This document shows, piece after piece, positions 51,216 through 64,000 of a DNA stretch of 64,000 bases; position 1 is the first letter of the stretch; each line of letters opens with the position of its first letter. The notes beneath the pieces are model-generated. The model saw nothing but the letters and a program-made list of their open reading frames with translations. It ran no database searches and had not been told where the DNA came from. The DNA lies in NCBI RefSeq assembly GCF_036365525.1, contig NC_090410.1:12134062-12198061 (forward strand), read 5' to 3'. This DNA comes from Heterodontus francisci. Lineage: Eukaryota. A program made the position numbers and the translations under genes.

Positions 51216-51310
51216 TTTATTCTTTTCAAAAGAAAATGCTGCTCATTTATTTGTCCAGAAATTAAAAAAATAAATATTAAAAATATAAAAATATAAAAAC
51301 AAATGCTGCT
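51216..51310 (-). terminator. Candidate fosB poly(A) signal (AATAAA at 51216-51221) preceded by a U/AU-rich element
   Basis: TTTATT on the + strand; long TATTTTTATATTTT run immediately upstream in transcript sense; further AATAAA candidates at 49856 and 49330. Confidence 0.45.
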
Positions 51311-52633
51311 TCAGAGAGGCTGCGAGTCAGCAGGAAGTGCACCATCCTTCGTATGCCAGTCCTGCAGGAGATTCAATGGGAGTGGACAGAAATGGGTATT
51401 TCTTTCTCCCCCCCCCCCCCCACCCCCTGAAGGAAAATGATTGGAACTGTACCAAGAGACACAGACCCATTATGTGCCGTCCCAGGCATGGAATGTGGGT
51501 GGGATTCTGGGCAACAGGCAACATCTCAAGTCTATGTCCTGATCCTGAGCTTCACTAGGGAGAGGAAGGGCAGATAGAACACTGGCTGATTAGGGCTTTT
51601 GGCAAGCAAGCATGGGCTAGGAACTGCCAACCATTCATAAAGTCCACTGTAAAAAGGTCAAGTACATCATAGCAATTTGTGACATTGTTATAATGTGAAA
51701 GTTCATCTGCATTGTACATTATATTAAATATTGATTAAAATAAAATAATTTAAAAAGCGATAAAGCGCTCTGCATTCAGCACAATGCTCAACGGGAGCTG
51801 GGATCAAACCTCCTGCAATGCATCATGCCAGCACAGGAACAAGACAGATACGATTGCTGCCTCAACTTCCACCTCAGGTGGTTCGAAGTCAAACTAAACA
51901 TTTATAGTTTAGGAACTGGTCAGATATTGCAGAGGCGTTCAGCAGATTTAGCAGTACCTCTGTATGGGCAGGTAGGGGTCTTAAAGCACATTGGATATCG
52001 ACACCAGTCTGGACTTGGCTGCAGATGATCAGCAAAAATAAAAGAAGCCACAAAAAGGTGGAGTCAGGGTTGCCAGATACTGGGGTGAAAAAAAAAAATC
52101 AGACTCACTACCACAGTTATAAAGGAGCTGGTGCTCCCTAGCTCTTACTGAATTGATGAAGTGGGTTGTTGCTGCACTAATTGCCCCAGCTCCTTGCCCC
52201 TCCCCCACTTCTATCTACCCATACCTCCACCAGCACCCTTCATATCTCACCCAGGGGCCAATTCTTGAAATGGTCAGCTATTCGCCTGTGGGGGGCATCA
52301 CATACAGGCTCTATTTTCAGGCAAAGCTCTAAATTGTAACAATGCACTGAAAAAGAAACAGATGAGGGCAATAAAAGGCATTCGCCCCCCCCGCAACCCC
52401 CCCCCCCCCACAACCTTGCAGATCTCCAGGGACTAAGTGAAATAGTTCACTACTGCATAAAAGTCAGAAATCTATTAGCCACGTGGCCTTGCCCACGTGC
52501 ATCTTTCTTCCAAATTCAAGAATCTGCAGCAGCTACAGAAAAAAAAAAATGTAACATTAAAACTATTTTTAAAAAAGGAAGGTTCGGCTTAAGAAAAGCT
52601 GAAGTCTAGAGCCACAGGTCTACGCGTGCAGAG

Positions 52634-52805
52634 AGCAATTTTAACTGAAGCGCAGTGGGAAACCCATGGAATCAGATGGGCTGCTGATTCTACACCCCGT
52701 CCAATATTACGCTCCATTGGCGAGTAAAATTGGGCGGGGTGTAAAACTCGCTCTGCACGTCCCTCCCGTCAGTTTCTCGCCAGCTCCAGTTCGGTTAAAA
52801 TTGCT
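52634..52805. mobile_element. Palindromic MITE-like element in the fosB 3'UTR
   Basis: AGCAATTTTAACTGAA...TTCGGTTAAAATTGCT ends; inner arms TACACCCCGTCCAATATTAC / GTAAAATTGGGCGGGGTGTA. Confidence 0.75.
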
Positions 52806-53721
52806 GTCTAAAAAAAAACGTTTCGCGTATTAACTTTAGTGCGAAGGAAAATACCCCCGCCTCAAATAAAGCAAAATATCAACCCGCCCCCCCACAAACC
52901 AAAAAAAGCTTCACTCTTGACAAAATGTCTGGATTCACAGTATGTTAGCGAGAAGGCAGCTGCCTCTGTATCCCAAAGGTTGGAGCAAACCGGTGCAATG
53001 ATCTTGGGAGAATGCGGAAAATCAGACGGGAATCCCGCTCAGATTTGCCACCCGTCACTTAAACAAGGAATCATTTTTAAACCAACATAGTCAGTGTGGT
53101 TTTTGAGTCTTTTTCCACACACTGGGGGGGGGGGGGGGGGGGGGGGGGGAAAAGGAGGGTGTGTATAGCTGGTGTACCGAGCACCCCCAACTTCCCCCAA
53201 ACCCCCTGTTTAATGCGACATTCACAGGGTCTGGGTTGAAGAGCTGAGTACATTCAGGAAGCCTTGGTGTGTAACGTGGCGATTTGAAGAACACACAAAA
53301 CAGGAAACAAATGATAAAGCACGTCGACTGGCTTCACATGCCGAGCCCTGGTCCGGGGTGGGTGGGGGGCTTCGCTTCTCCCTTCTCGGCTGGAGTAGGC
53401 GGGGCTGATCGGCAACGTGGGGCATCACATTTCATCCCCAAAGAAAAAAAAAATCATCCTTTCCTCTCCGCGGGTGGGTGGGGGGAAAGGGGGGGGGAAA
53501 AAAAGAGAAGGGGACAGGTATTTCCAGATTGTAGGAGGGACAAAAATCTTCCCTTTCCTCCCACCAGACTTTTGCCTCCCCTTTCTGTTCTCCCCCTCCC
53601 TCCTGCTCGCAGGTACTGGTCCAGTCGGCCCTCTTGGTATAAAGTAGAAAGCAAAGGGCTGCTTGTGGGTCTGAGAGGTGGGTGCAGTTGGGTTTTAAAG
53701 CAGGTTTTTTTTTGTGTGTGT

Positions 53722-54177
<456 letters not shown>

Positions 54178-54429
54178 CTACCGAGCAAAGGGAGATTGGA
54201 TAAGTACAGAGGAGGAGATAGAGAAAGAGAGATAGAGAAAGAGATAGAGATAGCACCTTCCCGTCCCCTCCCTCCGCCACCCACTGACCCCAGGCAGCCG
54301 CCCCGTCCCCCTCTAGCCCACTCCTGGGCACAGACTGACTGTCACCAGCTGAGTTGCCCTCAGCTCAAAGGGACGACATTATAACCAGACAATACCGTCT
54401 AATTGGCTTCTTCCTCCTTCCCCAAATTA

Positions 54430-54765
<336 letters not shown>

Positions 54766-55184
54766 TCACACATCCACTCCGATAGGCCCTGCTCCCTTGA
54801 CCCTTCCCCTCAATGCATCAACACTGAACCCCTCCCAAAACATCATCATCCCCAGATTTCCACATCCTCACTCAAACCCTGCACCTCTGGCCCAAGCTCA
54901 AATCCAGTCCAGACTCGAGATTAAAAAATCCGAATGAATTTAGTACAGTGTAGAGGAAACCTTATCTGCATCTAACTTTTTTTTGAAAAAGGGAGCCTCA
55001 CTTCAACATTACCTCTCCTAGAATGGTCAATGAGTCAGTAGAGGGAGCTTTACTCTGTATCTAACCCCTTGCTATACCTGTCCTGAGTGTGTTTGATGGA
55101 GACAGTGTAGAGAGAGTTTACTCTTGCTGTTTTGGGCTTCACTGATATTCAACCTGCCTGAGCTGAAATTCACTCCATTCCCAA

Positions 55185-55622
55185 TCATAATCATCATCTT
55201 TGGCCTCCTTGTCTCGAGAGACAATGGGTAAGCACCTGGAGGTGGTCAGTGGTTTGTGAAGCAGCACCTGGAGTGGCTATAAAGGCCAATTCTAGAGTGA
55301 CAGACTCTTCCACAGGTGCTGCAGATAAAATTGGTTGTCGGGGCTGTTACACAGTTGGCTCTCCCCTTGCGCCCGTCTTTTTTTCCTGCCAACTGCGAAG
55401 TCTCTTCGACTCGCCACACTTTAGCCCCGCCTTTATGGCTGCCCGCCAGCTCTGGCGATCGCTGGCAACTGACTCCCACGACTTGTGATCAATGTCACAG
55501 GATTTCATGTCGCGTTTGCAGACGTCTTTAAAGCGGAGACATGGACGGCCGGTGGGTCTGATACCAGTGGCGAGCTCGCTGTACAATGTGTCTTTGGGGA
55601 TCCTGCCATCTTCCATGCGGCT
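55185..55622 (-). mobile_element. RTE-like LINE 3' fragment in fosB intron 2
   Basis: RMEDGRIPKDTLYSEL...GRPCLRFKDVCKRDMK...WESVASDRQSWR, C2H2-like CSTCGRVCHSRIGLYSHSR, (GAT)n-like tail. Confidence 0.85.
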
Positions 55623-55741
55623 ATACCCACATTAATTAAAATATAAAAAACATCTTTGACCTGATGAAATTGACCTTTGCCATGTGAGAGTTTCTGTCAT
55701 GGTTCAGCTCTGTACACAGCACGGTTCACATTCTCACTCAC

Positions 55742-56023
55742 CGTTTCATCTCTGGACCTCCGAGAGCGGCTGGGCCGGGTGGGCTTTGACGGCTCGGCCC
55801 TGCTATAGGAGCACATGCCTGGGGTGGAATAGCTTGTCCCGGGGAGGTTGTATGGATCCATGGTGGGCTGGGGCAGGGCTGGAAGCTGAGCCTGAGACTG
55901 AGATGGAGCCGCTGAGGAAATGATAGTTGGTTGAACCATCCACTGTAGTTCCTGGCTGGTTGTGATGGCAGTCAGGGTTGGCACAAAGGATCCCGGCATC
56001 TCCCCAATGCCCGTAGTACACTC
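55742..56023 (-). CDS. fosb: FosB exon 2 (94 codons)
   Basis: ttccag| [33 protein letters not shown]...[15 protein letters not shown]...RRSRDET |GTGAGT; [10 protein letters not shown] and [10 protein letters not shown] are FosB-type motifs; 282 nt, phase 0/0. Confidence 0.95.
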
Positions 56024-57094
56024 CTGGAATAGATGGGAATGTAGTACATTTAAAAATGGGGCTGGGGGTGTGGACTGGGAATTGGGAAGGCTGAGGACTA
56101 GAGGCAACAAAATGGCCATGGGAATGCAAGAACCTGAACACAGGGCCGGGAGCACAAGACACGTCACTACAAACAAACACTGAAGGTGTTCAGCAGAGGA
56201 TTGAAGGGAGCTGTCCCAGTGATTGTGCTAGGACAAGCTATATGGAGTCATGTCCCCCTTTCCTTTCCCCCCCACCCACCTCCCCTCCCCTCCCAGTTAA
56301 GTCATAAAAACCCATCTGGTTTGCTAATGTCCTTACCCCAGTCTGGCCTACACATGACTCCAGACCCACAGCAATGTGGTTGACTCTCAGTCAGGGCACC
56401 CAGAGTAGGTCAGCAGTCCAAGGGAGGGCAATGTGCAACATAAATACAAGTTTCTATTATGGAACATTTCCTAACAGTTACTATTCCCTCTGGACTCTCT
56501 GCACCCCTCTCCCAATCCCACCGCTTCCATTCGTTCTGCTTGATCCCTTGAACCAAGTCAAGAGATGAGCTACATGGTGCTCCATTGGGATGGACAGGAG
56601 CTGACAACCCCTGGAAGCTTTACAGGGCTATGGGGAAAGAGCAGGGGAGTGGGACTAATTGGATAGCTCTGCCAGAGAGCTGGCACAGGCACAATGGGCC
56701 GAATGGGCTCCCTGAGTTGTAGCATCCGACGACAAGGGAGCCTCATCAAGCTAAAAATCACATTGTTATGGTGTATTCAACTGGCAGGATTCGCCCCCTC
56801 CCCCATTCGGAGCCCAACCCACGCTGCCCTGTCAAGGAAGTTTGCATTTATAGATCACTTTTATCAAGTCCCCCCCCCCCCCAAAAAAAAAACAAGCTTC
56901 ACTTTCACAAGCATTGGCTGGGACATCTGGAAATGGTCCCGGTTATTCTCTGCAAATAATGGTGCAAAACTGCTGAATTCAGCAAGGATTGAGGTTCTAG
57001 GTTGCAAGCCACACGGGGGTAAAGCAGCTGTCACTCAGAGCCCGCCACTTCCATTCGCAAAAAAGCAACAATGCGCGTCCAGGCTGTGGGCGGG

Positions 57095-57260
57095 ACCGAG
57101 AGACCGCGTAGCTGCCTAGCAACGTTCCAAAATAGAACGTCGCCGACGTCAGCACGTCGCACCGACGCGGGGGAGGAAGGGGGCGGGGCGGGCGTGTGCG
57201 TAACGTCACCAGGAGCATTCCAATACGTCAACCTTTACGCACGTAAACCCAGTCTGGGGG
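57095..57260. promoter_or_regulatory. CpG-rich motif cluster in fosB intron 1 (candidate enhancer)
   Basis: Three ACGTCA CRE half-sites, GC box GGGGCGGGGC, X-box-like GCTGCCTAGCAAC, MEF2/CArG-like CCAAAATAGA and near-palindrome TTTACGCACGTAAA within ~160 bp. Confidence 0.55.
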
Positions 57261-57655
57261 CAAACGTGAGGTTTCCAGTCTGCGGGAAATCGGTGCAACT
57301 AATCGCAGAGAAAAAGGAAACCGATACTAATCGATGCCAGGGCTCGGAATGCAGCGCCGGGGACCCATATCGGGTGTGCAACTTGGGTTTCTGATCAATT
57401 ATTTTGCACAATTCCACCCCCCTCCCTTAAAAGAGCAGCCACCGCTTGCACAATTCAGCTAGACATTGCTGCATTTTTTTTTTGTTTCTTTTTGGCAGGG
57501 ATCAATAGACAATTTGCTGCCAGCAATTTCCTCACCTTCGCTGCGGAAATAGTCCCCGGGGATGGAAAGTTGGGGTCTCCCCTCTCACTTTAACTCCAAC
57601 CATCCCAGCACAAGCTACAACACGCAAGTTCCCCCTGGTTCAAACTCCCACTTAC

Positions 57656-57784
57656 CTGGGCTGTGGTGGTCGGGCTGCCCACACTCTGACTGAAGGAATC
57701 CACGGATGACAGGTACTGAGGCTCCGAGGGGGACGAACTGCAGCGGGAAGCCGAGTCAAAGTCGCCTGAGAATCCCTGGTACAT
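57656..57784 (-). CDS. fosb: FosB exon 1 (coding part, 43 codons)
   Basis: MYQGFSGDFDSASRCSSSPSEPQYLSSVDSFSQSVGSPTTTAQ matches the FosB N-terminus (human MFQAFPGDYDSGSRCSSSPSAESQYLSSVDSF); donor CAG|GTAAGT, phase 0. Confidence 0.95.
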
Positions 57785-57961
57785 GTCCTCCCAGTCGGTG
57801 ATGACCCAGGACTTGTCGCCCCTTGAATCCAGTTTCTACTTTGTGAATGAACAGCTGGTAGCCAGAGAAAAAATTAAAAATCCCGTGTGCTGTAGTAGCG
57901 CCTGTCTGCTTCCCTGGTCCACCGCTTTCTTTATGAATGAACCAACTCCTCTGGTTGCTTT

Positions 57962-57989
57962 TTTATACCAACGTAGTCCTCTGACGTCA
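57962..57989 (-). promoter_or_regulatory. fosB core promoter: TATA box (TATAAA, 57962-57967) with a palindromic CRE TGACGTCA (57982-57989) just upstream
   Basis: Exact consensus motifs about 180-205 nt upstream of the ATG; typical immediate-early gene layout. Confidence 0.8.
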
Positions 57990-58196
57990 GGCTCATTAAA
58001 ACAGCACCAAGCCAGATGGCACAAACGGGCAAATTCCACCCGGAATCCCAGACCCAACGACTCAGAAACCACCAGGAGTGAAGCCGGCAAAGCTTGTGCT
58101 GCTAACCGCACGCTCGCAGCGTCTCCACTGTCATTTATTGCGGAGAAAATGCGATAAAATCCCTTCTGCGGACAAGCTCCGCCCATCCGGGATCCC

Positions 58197-58261
58197 TGAC
58201 GTACGTGCCCAAATATGGAACTGTGTAGTTTGCTGTTTACTGGTAACCAAGCAAGACGTCA
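58197..58261. promoter_or_regulatory. fosB serum response element: CArG box CCAAATATGG (58209-58218) with flanking CRE/AP-1-like TGACGT sites
   Basis: Perfect CC(A/T)6GG next to TGACGTAC (58197-58204) and GACGTCA (~58255-58261); an SRE plus adjacent CRE/AP-1-like site is the known Fos/FosB arrangement. Confidence 0.8.
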
Positions 58262-59315
58262 GAGGGAATCCCTCTCTAGACAGTGGCTTGATCACAGAAA
58301 GAGTTTTAAATAGAAATCCAATCTATGGCAGCTTTATTTTTAAAATTGATGCTATAAATTTACCTTTTAAATACTAAAACCTTCGCCCTCGTGCACAATC
58401 CTACAGCATACAGGGTTGAACTGGGAGCAGGTTTAAGCCTCCCGATCCAACTGTTACCCCTAAACCAGCACCGTTCAACAGCATATTTTGTGGTCATTAT
58501 CACAATGTTGTTGTGGGAGCTTGCTGTGCACATACATACTGGTGGCTCCGTTTCTCCACATTCACAACAGTGACTACAACTGCCAAAAAATACCTTAACT
58601 TGGCTGCGAAATTCTTTGGGATATCCCGAGCTCACCAAAAGTGCCGCATAAACAGCAAGTTTCAGCACGAGTTTGAGATATTTCAGCCTAAACTTTTCGA
58701 AATATGAAGATTTCCTGGATAGGTGATTCCACTATGTCCCTGACCCCAGTTCTACAACTCAGACCCCAGGGCTAAAGAAAAGTTTGCCATTTCTCGGTGG
58801 AAATTGTCTCGATCGAAGTCTTGTGTTGAGAACTGAGTGCCACTAATGTCAGCCCTTCCCCCCCCCCCCCCCACCCCCCCCCCCCCCAACCACTTCTCCC
58901 CAAATTGGAATAAGCAATAGCTTGAAGATTTTGCTTGTTTCAGTAAATGTTTGCGGTTTGCAATTGACAGAGAAAGCGATTTCCTTGTTTGTTTTTGAGT
59001 GTGAGAGTGAGCTTGACTCCTGGGCTTCCCCCCTCGCCTTTCCTGAGACACTTGTGTTTACATTCCGAAAATGATCAGTCAGTGCCCTAGCCTTGTGGGA
59101 AAGCGGCCTTGACTGAGACTGGAGCACACACGTGGGCTGCCCGTAAACGCCTGAGCGACTGAGTCTGCGGCGAGTCCTGTTTGCCCAGTCAGTGCGATAC
59201 ATACCCTCAAATGTAAAACGTCACGACCCCTGCACACGGAGAAAGCATCCAACCACTTGGAGCCTGCGGAAATTTTAAACAATTTACCATTATCAATTGA
59301 TTCAGAAATCAATTG

Positions 59316-59657
59316 TTTAGTTTAGTTTAGAGATACAGCACTGAAACAGGCCCTTCGGCCCACCGAGTCTGTGCCGACCATCAACCACCCATTTATACTA
59401 ATCCTACACTAATTCCATGTTCCTACCACATCCCCACTTGTCCCTACATTTCCCTACCACCTACCTATACTAGGGGCAATTTATAATAGCCAATTTACCT
59501 ATCAACCTGCAAGTCTTTGGCATGTGGGAGGAAACCGGAGCACCCGGAGGAAACCCACACAGACACAGGGAGAACTTGTAAACTCCACACAGGCAGTACC
59601 CAGAATTGAACCCGAGTCACTGGAGCTGTGAGGCTGCGGTGCTAACCACTGTGCCAC
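59316..59657 (-). mobile_element. HE1/V-SINE-like SINE
   Basis: Same family as 10896-11246. Confidence 0.85.
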
Positions 59658-61699
59658 CTCAATGATGTCAAGCTTTCCAGACGTACATTTATGTAGCGCC
59701 CTTCAGCACGTCCCAAAGCACTTTACAACCAATTAAAAATGTCTTCACTATTATCATGTAGGAAACTCTGCAGTCAATTGTACACAGCAGGGTTCCACAA
59801 GCAGCAAAATATGAGCCTTGAGACGTAGGAGCGGGAGTAGGCCATTCGGCCCCTCGGACCAATACGATCGTGGCTGATCTCCCTCAGCTTCCTGCACGAT
59901 CCCCATTACTCTGGATTCGCTTCGTATCGCTCTCTGACTCAAATATACTCAAGGACGGAGCATCCACAGCTCTCTGAATCTTGCAGATGAAAATGACCAG
60001 TTCATTTTTTGGGTATCAAGCGATACGGAGCAAAGTGGGAGGAGGGGTAAATCCAGTTGAAGTGTGATCTAGTTGAATGGTGGAGCAGGCCCGAGGGGTT
60101 GAATGGCCTTCCCCACTTCCCTAAGTTCATATAAAGAAATGCAGTGGGGTGGGGCATTACAGAGTAGAATGGGGCAGGATGCAAGAGTCACTGCTAGGCC
60201 TGAAGTGGGCAAAACAACAGTCAACTCCTTTATCTGAAGTTTCGGGAAAATTAAGTTTGAAATATTGTACTAATTAGCTAATATCTCATGTATCTATCCT
60301 GTTACTGTTAAGACATTATCCTCAATTTTATTTCCCTCCTCTGTTAGGGACACCCACCCTCACTGGGTAGGGCTCGGTGGGCACTGTGCATCCTCTAATT
60401 TCTCAACCACGTGGCCGTTCTCATGTGTGAGCTGAGATATTGAGTTTCAATGTGCTATTCCAACATGGAAGGCATCACCTTGCTCCAGGTGTGGTCTTAC
60501 CTGGGCTATGTATATCTGCAGCATGACTTCTAACCTCTTGTATTGTCGTCTTCTAGATATATACAGCCAGCATTCCATTAGCCATTTTGATTATTTTTGT
60601 ACCTAGGAACAGGAATTGGCCATTCAGCCCATCGAGCCTGCCCTGCTATTCAATGGCTGATCATCCACTTCAATGCCTTTTTCCCCACACTATCCCCACA
60701 TCCCTTTGTCATTGGTATTTAGAAATCTGTCAATCTCTGCTTTAAACATACTCAATGACTGAGCTTCCACAGCCCTCTGGGGTAGAGACTTCCAAAGATT
60801 CATAGCCCTCTGAGTCAAGAAATTGCTCCTCATCTCGGTCCTAAGTGGCTTCCCCCTTATTTTGAAATTGTGTCCCCTGGTTCTAGACTCGCTATTTTAA
60901 TAATCAGTGTACATGGCCTCCTAAGTCTCTTTGGATTTCCACTGCCTTGAAGTGGGTGCAAGGAATTTTCACTAGACTGATTCCTGGGATGAGGGGATGG
61001 GCCCATGTGAAGAGATTGTGTAGTCGCGGTGTATATTTCGTAGAATGAGAGACGATCGCATTGAAACATATAAAATCCTTAAAGGGCTGACCCAACCTTG
61101 TCTTCACAAGACGAACGCAAGCACACTGTCCAGCAGCAGACCAGGAGACAGCGATCAGGAGCAGGAAGACTGGCCAATTTCCCAGAGACATCCAGGATAA
61201 TTGTATCAGCTACTGCCACCCTGATTCAGATCTGCAGCAGAGGCTCGGGATGGAACTCAGGAACATAGGAGCAAGAGTAGGCCATTCAGCCTGTCAAGCC
61301 AAACCTGGGCCCTTGATGCTCCATATGACCCAATACTGTGCCATTGTTTGCATCAACTAACACATTAGAGACCTGGAATGAGAGTCTGGGTTCGTCTACC
61401 TCCTCCATGTGACCCACTCGGATTCTTTACCCACCGAGCTATGGGAGAAGCCTGATATATAAATAATAAATGGACAACTGCAAATTTCCAAATACATTTA
61501 TTTTTATTCTGTTGGCTATTTGAGTGTAACACATGAATACTCCAATAATAGCAATGTAGAGTTTAATTCTAGGAACTCTCCAGCTGTCAGTTATCACCAG
61601 ACTTTCTGTCCATTGAACGTTCATACAATTCCATATCTGTTTTGTTTTTGCACTCATCAATGTTGGTGGAAATCTTCACATTAATGGGCAGATTTATTA

Positions 61700-63020
61700 G
61701 GCAGGTCATCTCATTGGTAGGATGTGACCAGTGGCGTCCCACAGGGAAGCCGTGTCGGGGCCTTAACTATTCACTGTATTTATTAATGACTTAGACATGA
61801 TGGTATAAAAGCCACCTATCCAAGTTTGCCAATGACACAAAGATAGGCACCAATGTAAGCAGCAGTTACAAATAGAGACTAACGGATTAAGTGAATGGGT
61901 AAAATTGTGGCAAATGGATTTAAATATTGGTAAGTGCGAGGCTATCCACTTTGCACCTAAAAAAATGATAGATCAGAGTACTCTCTAACTGATGGAAAGC
62001 TAAAAGCAGTGGCTGTCCATGGAGACTCAGGGGTCCACGTACATAGATCATTAAAATGGCATGGATAGGTACAAAAAAAAAATCAAAAAGGTTAACGGAA
62101 TGACCTTTATTTAGAGGGCTAGAATACAAGGGGGTAGAAGTTTTTTTTTATTTATTTAGAGATACAGCACTGAAACAGGCCCTTCGGCCCACCGAGTCTG
62201 TGCCGACCAACAACCACCCATTTATACTAACCCTACACTACCCCCATATTTTCTACCACATCCCCACCATTCTCCTACCACCTACCTACACTAGGGGCAA
62301 TTTACAATGGCCAATTTACCTATCAGCCTGCAAGTCGTTTGGAGGTGGGAGGAAACCAGAGCACCCGGCGAAAACCCACTCAGACACAGGGAGAACTTGC
62401 AAACTCCGCACAGGCAGTACCCAGAATTGAACCCAGGTCGCTGGAGCTGTGAGGCTGCGGTGCTAACCACTGCAGCTATACAAAGCCTTGGTTAGACCAC
62501 ACCTGGAGTACTGGGTTCAGTTCTGGGCACCATTCCTGAGAAAGGATATAATGGCCTTGGAGGGAGTGCAGTGTAGATTTATCAGAATGATACCTGGATT
62601 CCAAGGGTTAAATTACGAGGAGAGATTACACAAATTCGGGTTGTATCCCCTAGAATTTAGAAGATTAAGAGGTGATTGAATCAAAATTTTTAAGAGGAAC
62701 AGATAGGGTAGATAGAGAGAAACTAGGACAAGGGACATAACCTAAAAATTAGAGCCAGGCCTTTCAGGAGTCAAATTAGAAACATGTCCACACACAAAAG
62801 TGTGGTAGAAGTTTGGAATCTCTTCAACAAACTGCAATTGATGCTGGGTCAATTGTTAAGTTGAAATCTGAGATTGATAGATTATTGTTAACCAAAGGTA
62901 TTAAGGAATATGGGACAAGGGAGGGTATCCGGAGTTAGCACACAGAGCAGCCATGGTCTCATTGAATGGCAGAACAGGCTCAAGGGGCTAAAAGGCCTCC
63001 CACTGTTGCTATGCTCATTT
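61700..63020 (+). mobile_element. Degenerate CR1 RT/3' fragment interrupted by an antisense HE1-like SINE
   Basis: VRPHLEYWVQFWAPFLRKDIMALEGVQ; host sequence resumes after 62473. Confidence 0.8.
62145..62473 (-). mobile_element. HE1/V-SINE-like SINE
   Basis: Same family as 10896-11246. Confidence 0.85.
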
Positions 63021-63275
63021 CAGACAACCAGTATCAATATGAAACACAGAGTAAAGCTCCCACTGCACTATTCCGATCAAACACTCCAAAGTATATATAT
63101 TGTATAATAAGTAGTACATTTTGGAATGAAGACTATGGAGAGGCAATATAAAATAACTCATAAAACAGTACAACACAGATGTAGGCCATTCAGCCCATCA
63201 AAGCTGTGCTGGTTCTTTCAAACAGCAATCCAGTTAGTCCTATTTCCCCCACTCTTTCCCCATATAAAAAAAAAC

Positions 63276-64000
63276 AGGGTTAGATACAGAGTATAACTCC
63301 CTCTACACTGTCCCCATCAAACACTCCCAGGGCAGGTACAGCACAGGGTTAGATACAGAGTATAGCTCCCTCTACACTGTCCCCATCAAACACTCACAGG
63401 GCAGGTACAGCACAGGGTTAGATACAGAGTATAGCTCCCTCGACACTGTCCCCATCAAACACTCCCAGGGCAGGTACGGCACAGGGTTAGATACAGAATA
63501 TAGCTCCCTTTACACTGTCCCCATCAAACACTCCCAGGGCAGGTACAGCACAGGGTTAGATACAGAGTATAGCTCCCTTTACACTGTCCCCATCAAACAC
63601 TCCCAGGGCAGGTACAGCACGAAGTTAGATACAGAGTAAAGAAAAAAAAAGAAAAAACAGGGTTAGATACAGAGTAAAGCTCTCTCTACACTGTCCCCAT
63701 CAAACACTCTTAAAAAAAAAAGAAAGAAAAAAAAAAAACGAGATTAGATACAGAGTAAAGCTCCCTTTACACTGTCCCCATCAAACACTCCCAGGACAGG
63801 TACAGCACGAAGTTAGATACAGAGTAAAGAAAAAAAAAAGAAAAAACAGGGTTAGATACAGAGTAAAGCTCTCTCTACACTGTCCCCATCAAACACTCTT
63901 AAAAAAAAAAGAAAGGAAAAAAAAAACGAGATTAGATACAGAGTATAGCTCCCTCGACACTGTCCCCATTAAACACTCCCAGGACAGGTACAGTACGGGG
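63276..64000 (+). repeat. 69-bp tandem repeat (GGGTTAGATACAGAGTA(T/A)AGCTCCCTCTACACTGTCCCCATCAAACACTCCCAGGGCAGGTACAGCACA), runs off the right edge
   Basis: AGATACAGAG recurs at 63282, 63351 and 63420 (period 69). Confidence 0.97.

Noticed and set aside
63276-64000. CRISPR-like regular repeat
   Set aside because: No unique spacers and a vertebrate context; it is a head-to-tail satellite.

Overview
Repeat-rich vertebrate genomic DNA, most likely a cartilaginous fish (shark) judging by HE1/V-SINE-like and DeuSINE-like elements and abundant CR1 LINEs. Three intron-containing genes lie on the minus strand. (1) A complete 4-exon fosB (57784->53722, 324 aa) with TATA, CRE and CArG/SRE promoter elements. 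(2) A 7-exon VEGF/PlGF-family growth factor gene that I reconstructed by hand (38815->14139, 164 aa), including a 22-nt micro-exon; the ORF track shows only exon 3. (3) The first coding exon (2958->2763) and CpG-rich promoter (~9.7-10.1 kb) of a CIPC-like (CLOCK-interacting pacemaker) gene that continues off the left edge. CIPC-like / PlGF-like / fosB mirrors human CIPC-PGF-FOS on 14q24.3, so the VEGF gene is a candidate fourth VEGFA/PGF/VEGFB ohnologue, absent beside mammalian FOSB and showing snake-venom VEGF-F-like hallmarks. A 200-N scaffold gap lies between it and fosB. The rest is nested CR1/L2/RTE LINE remnants, SINEs, MITEs, two C-rich minisatellites, a 69-bp tandem array and microsatellites. 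All homology calls are from recalled reference sequences, not database searches.
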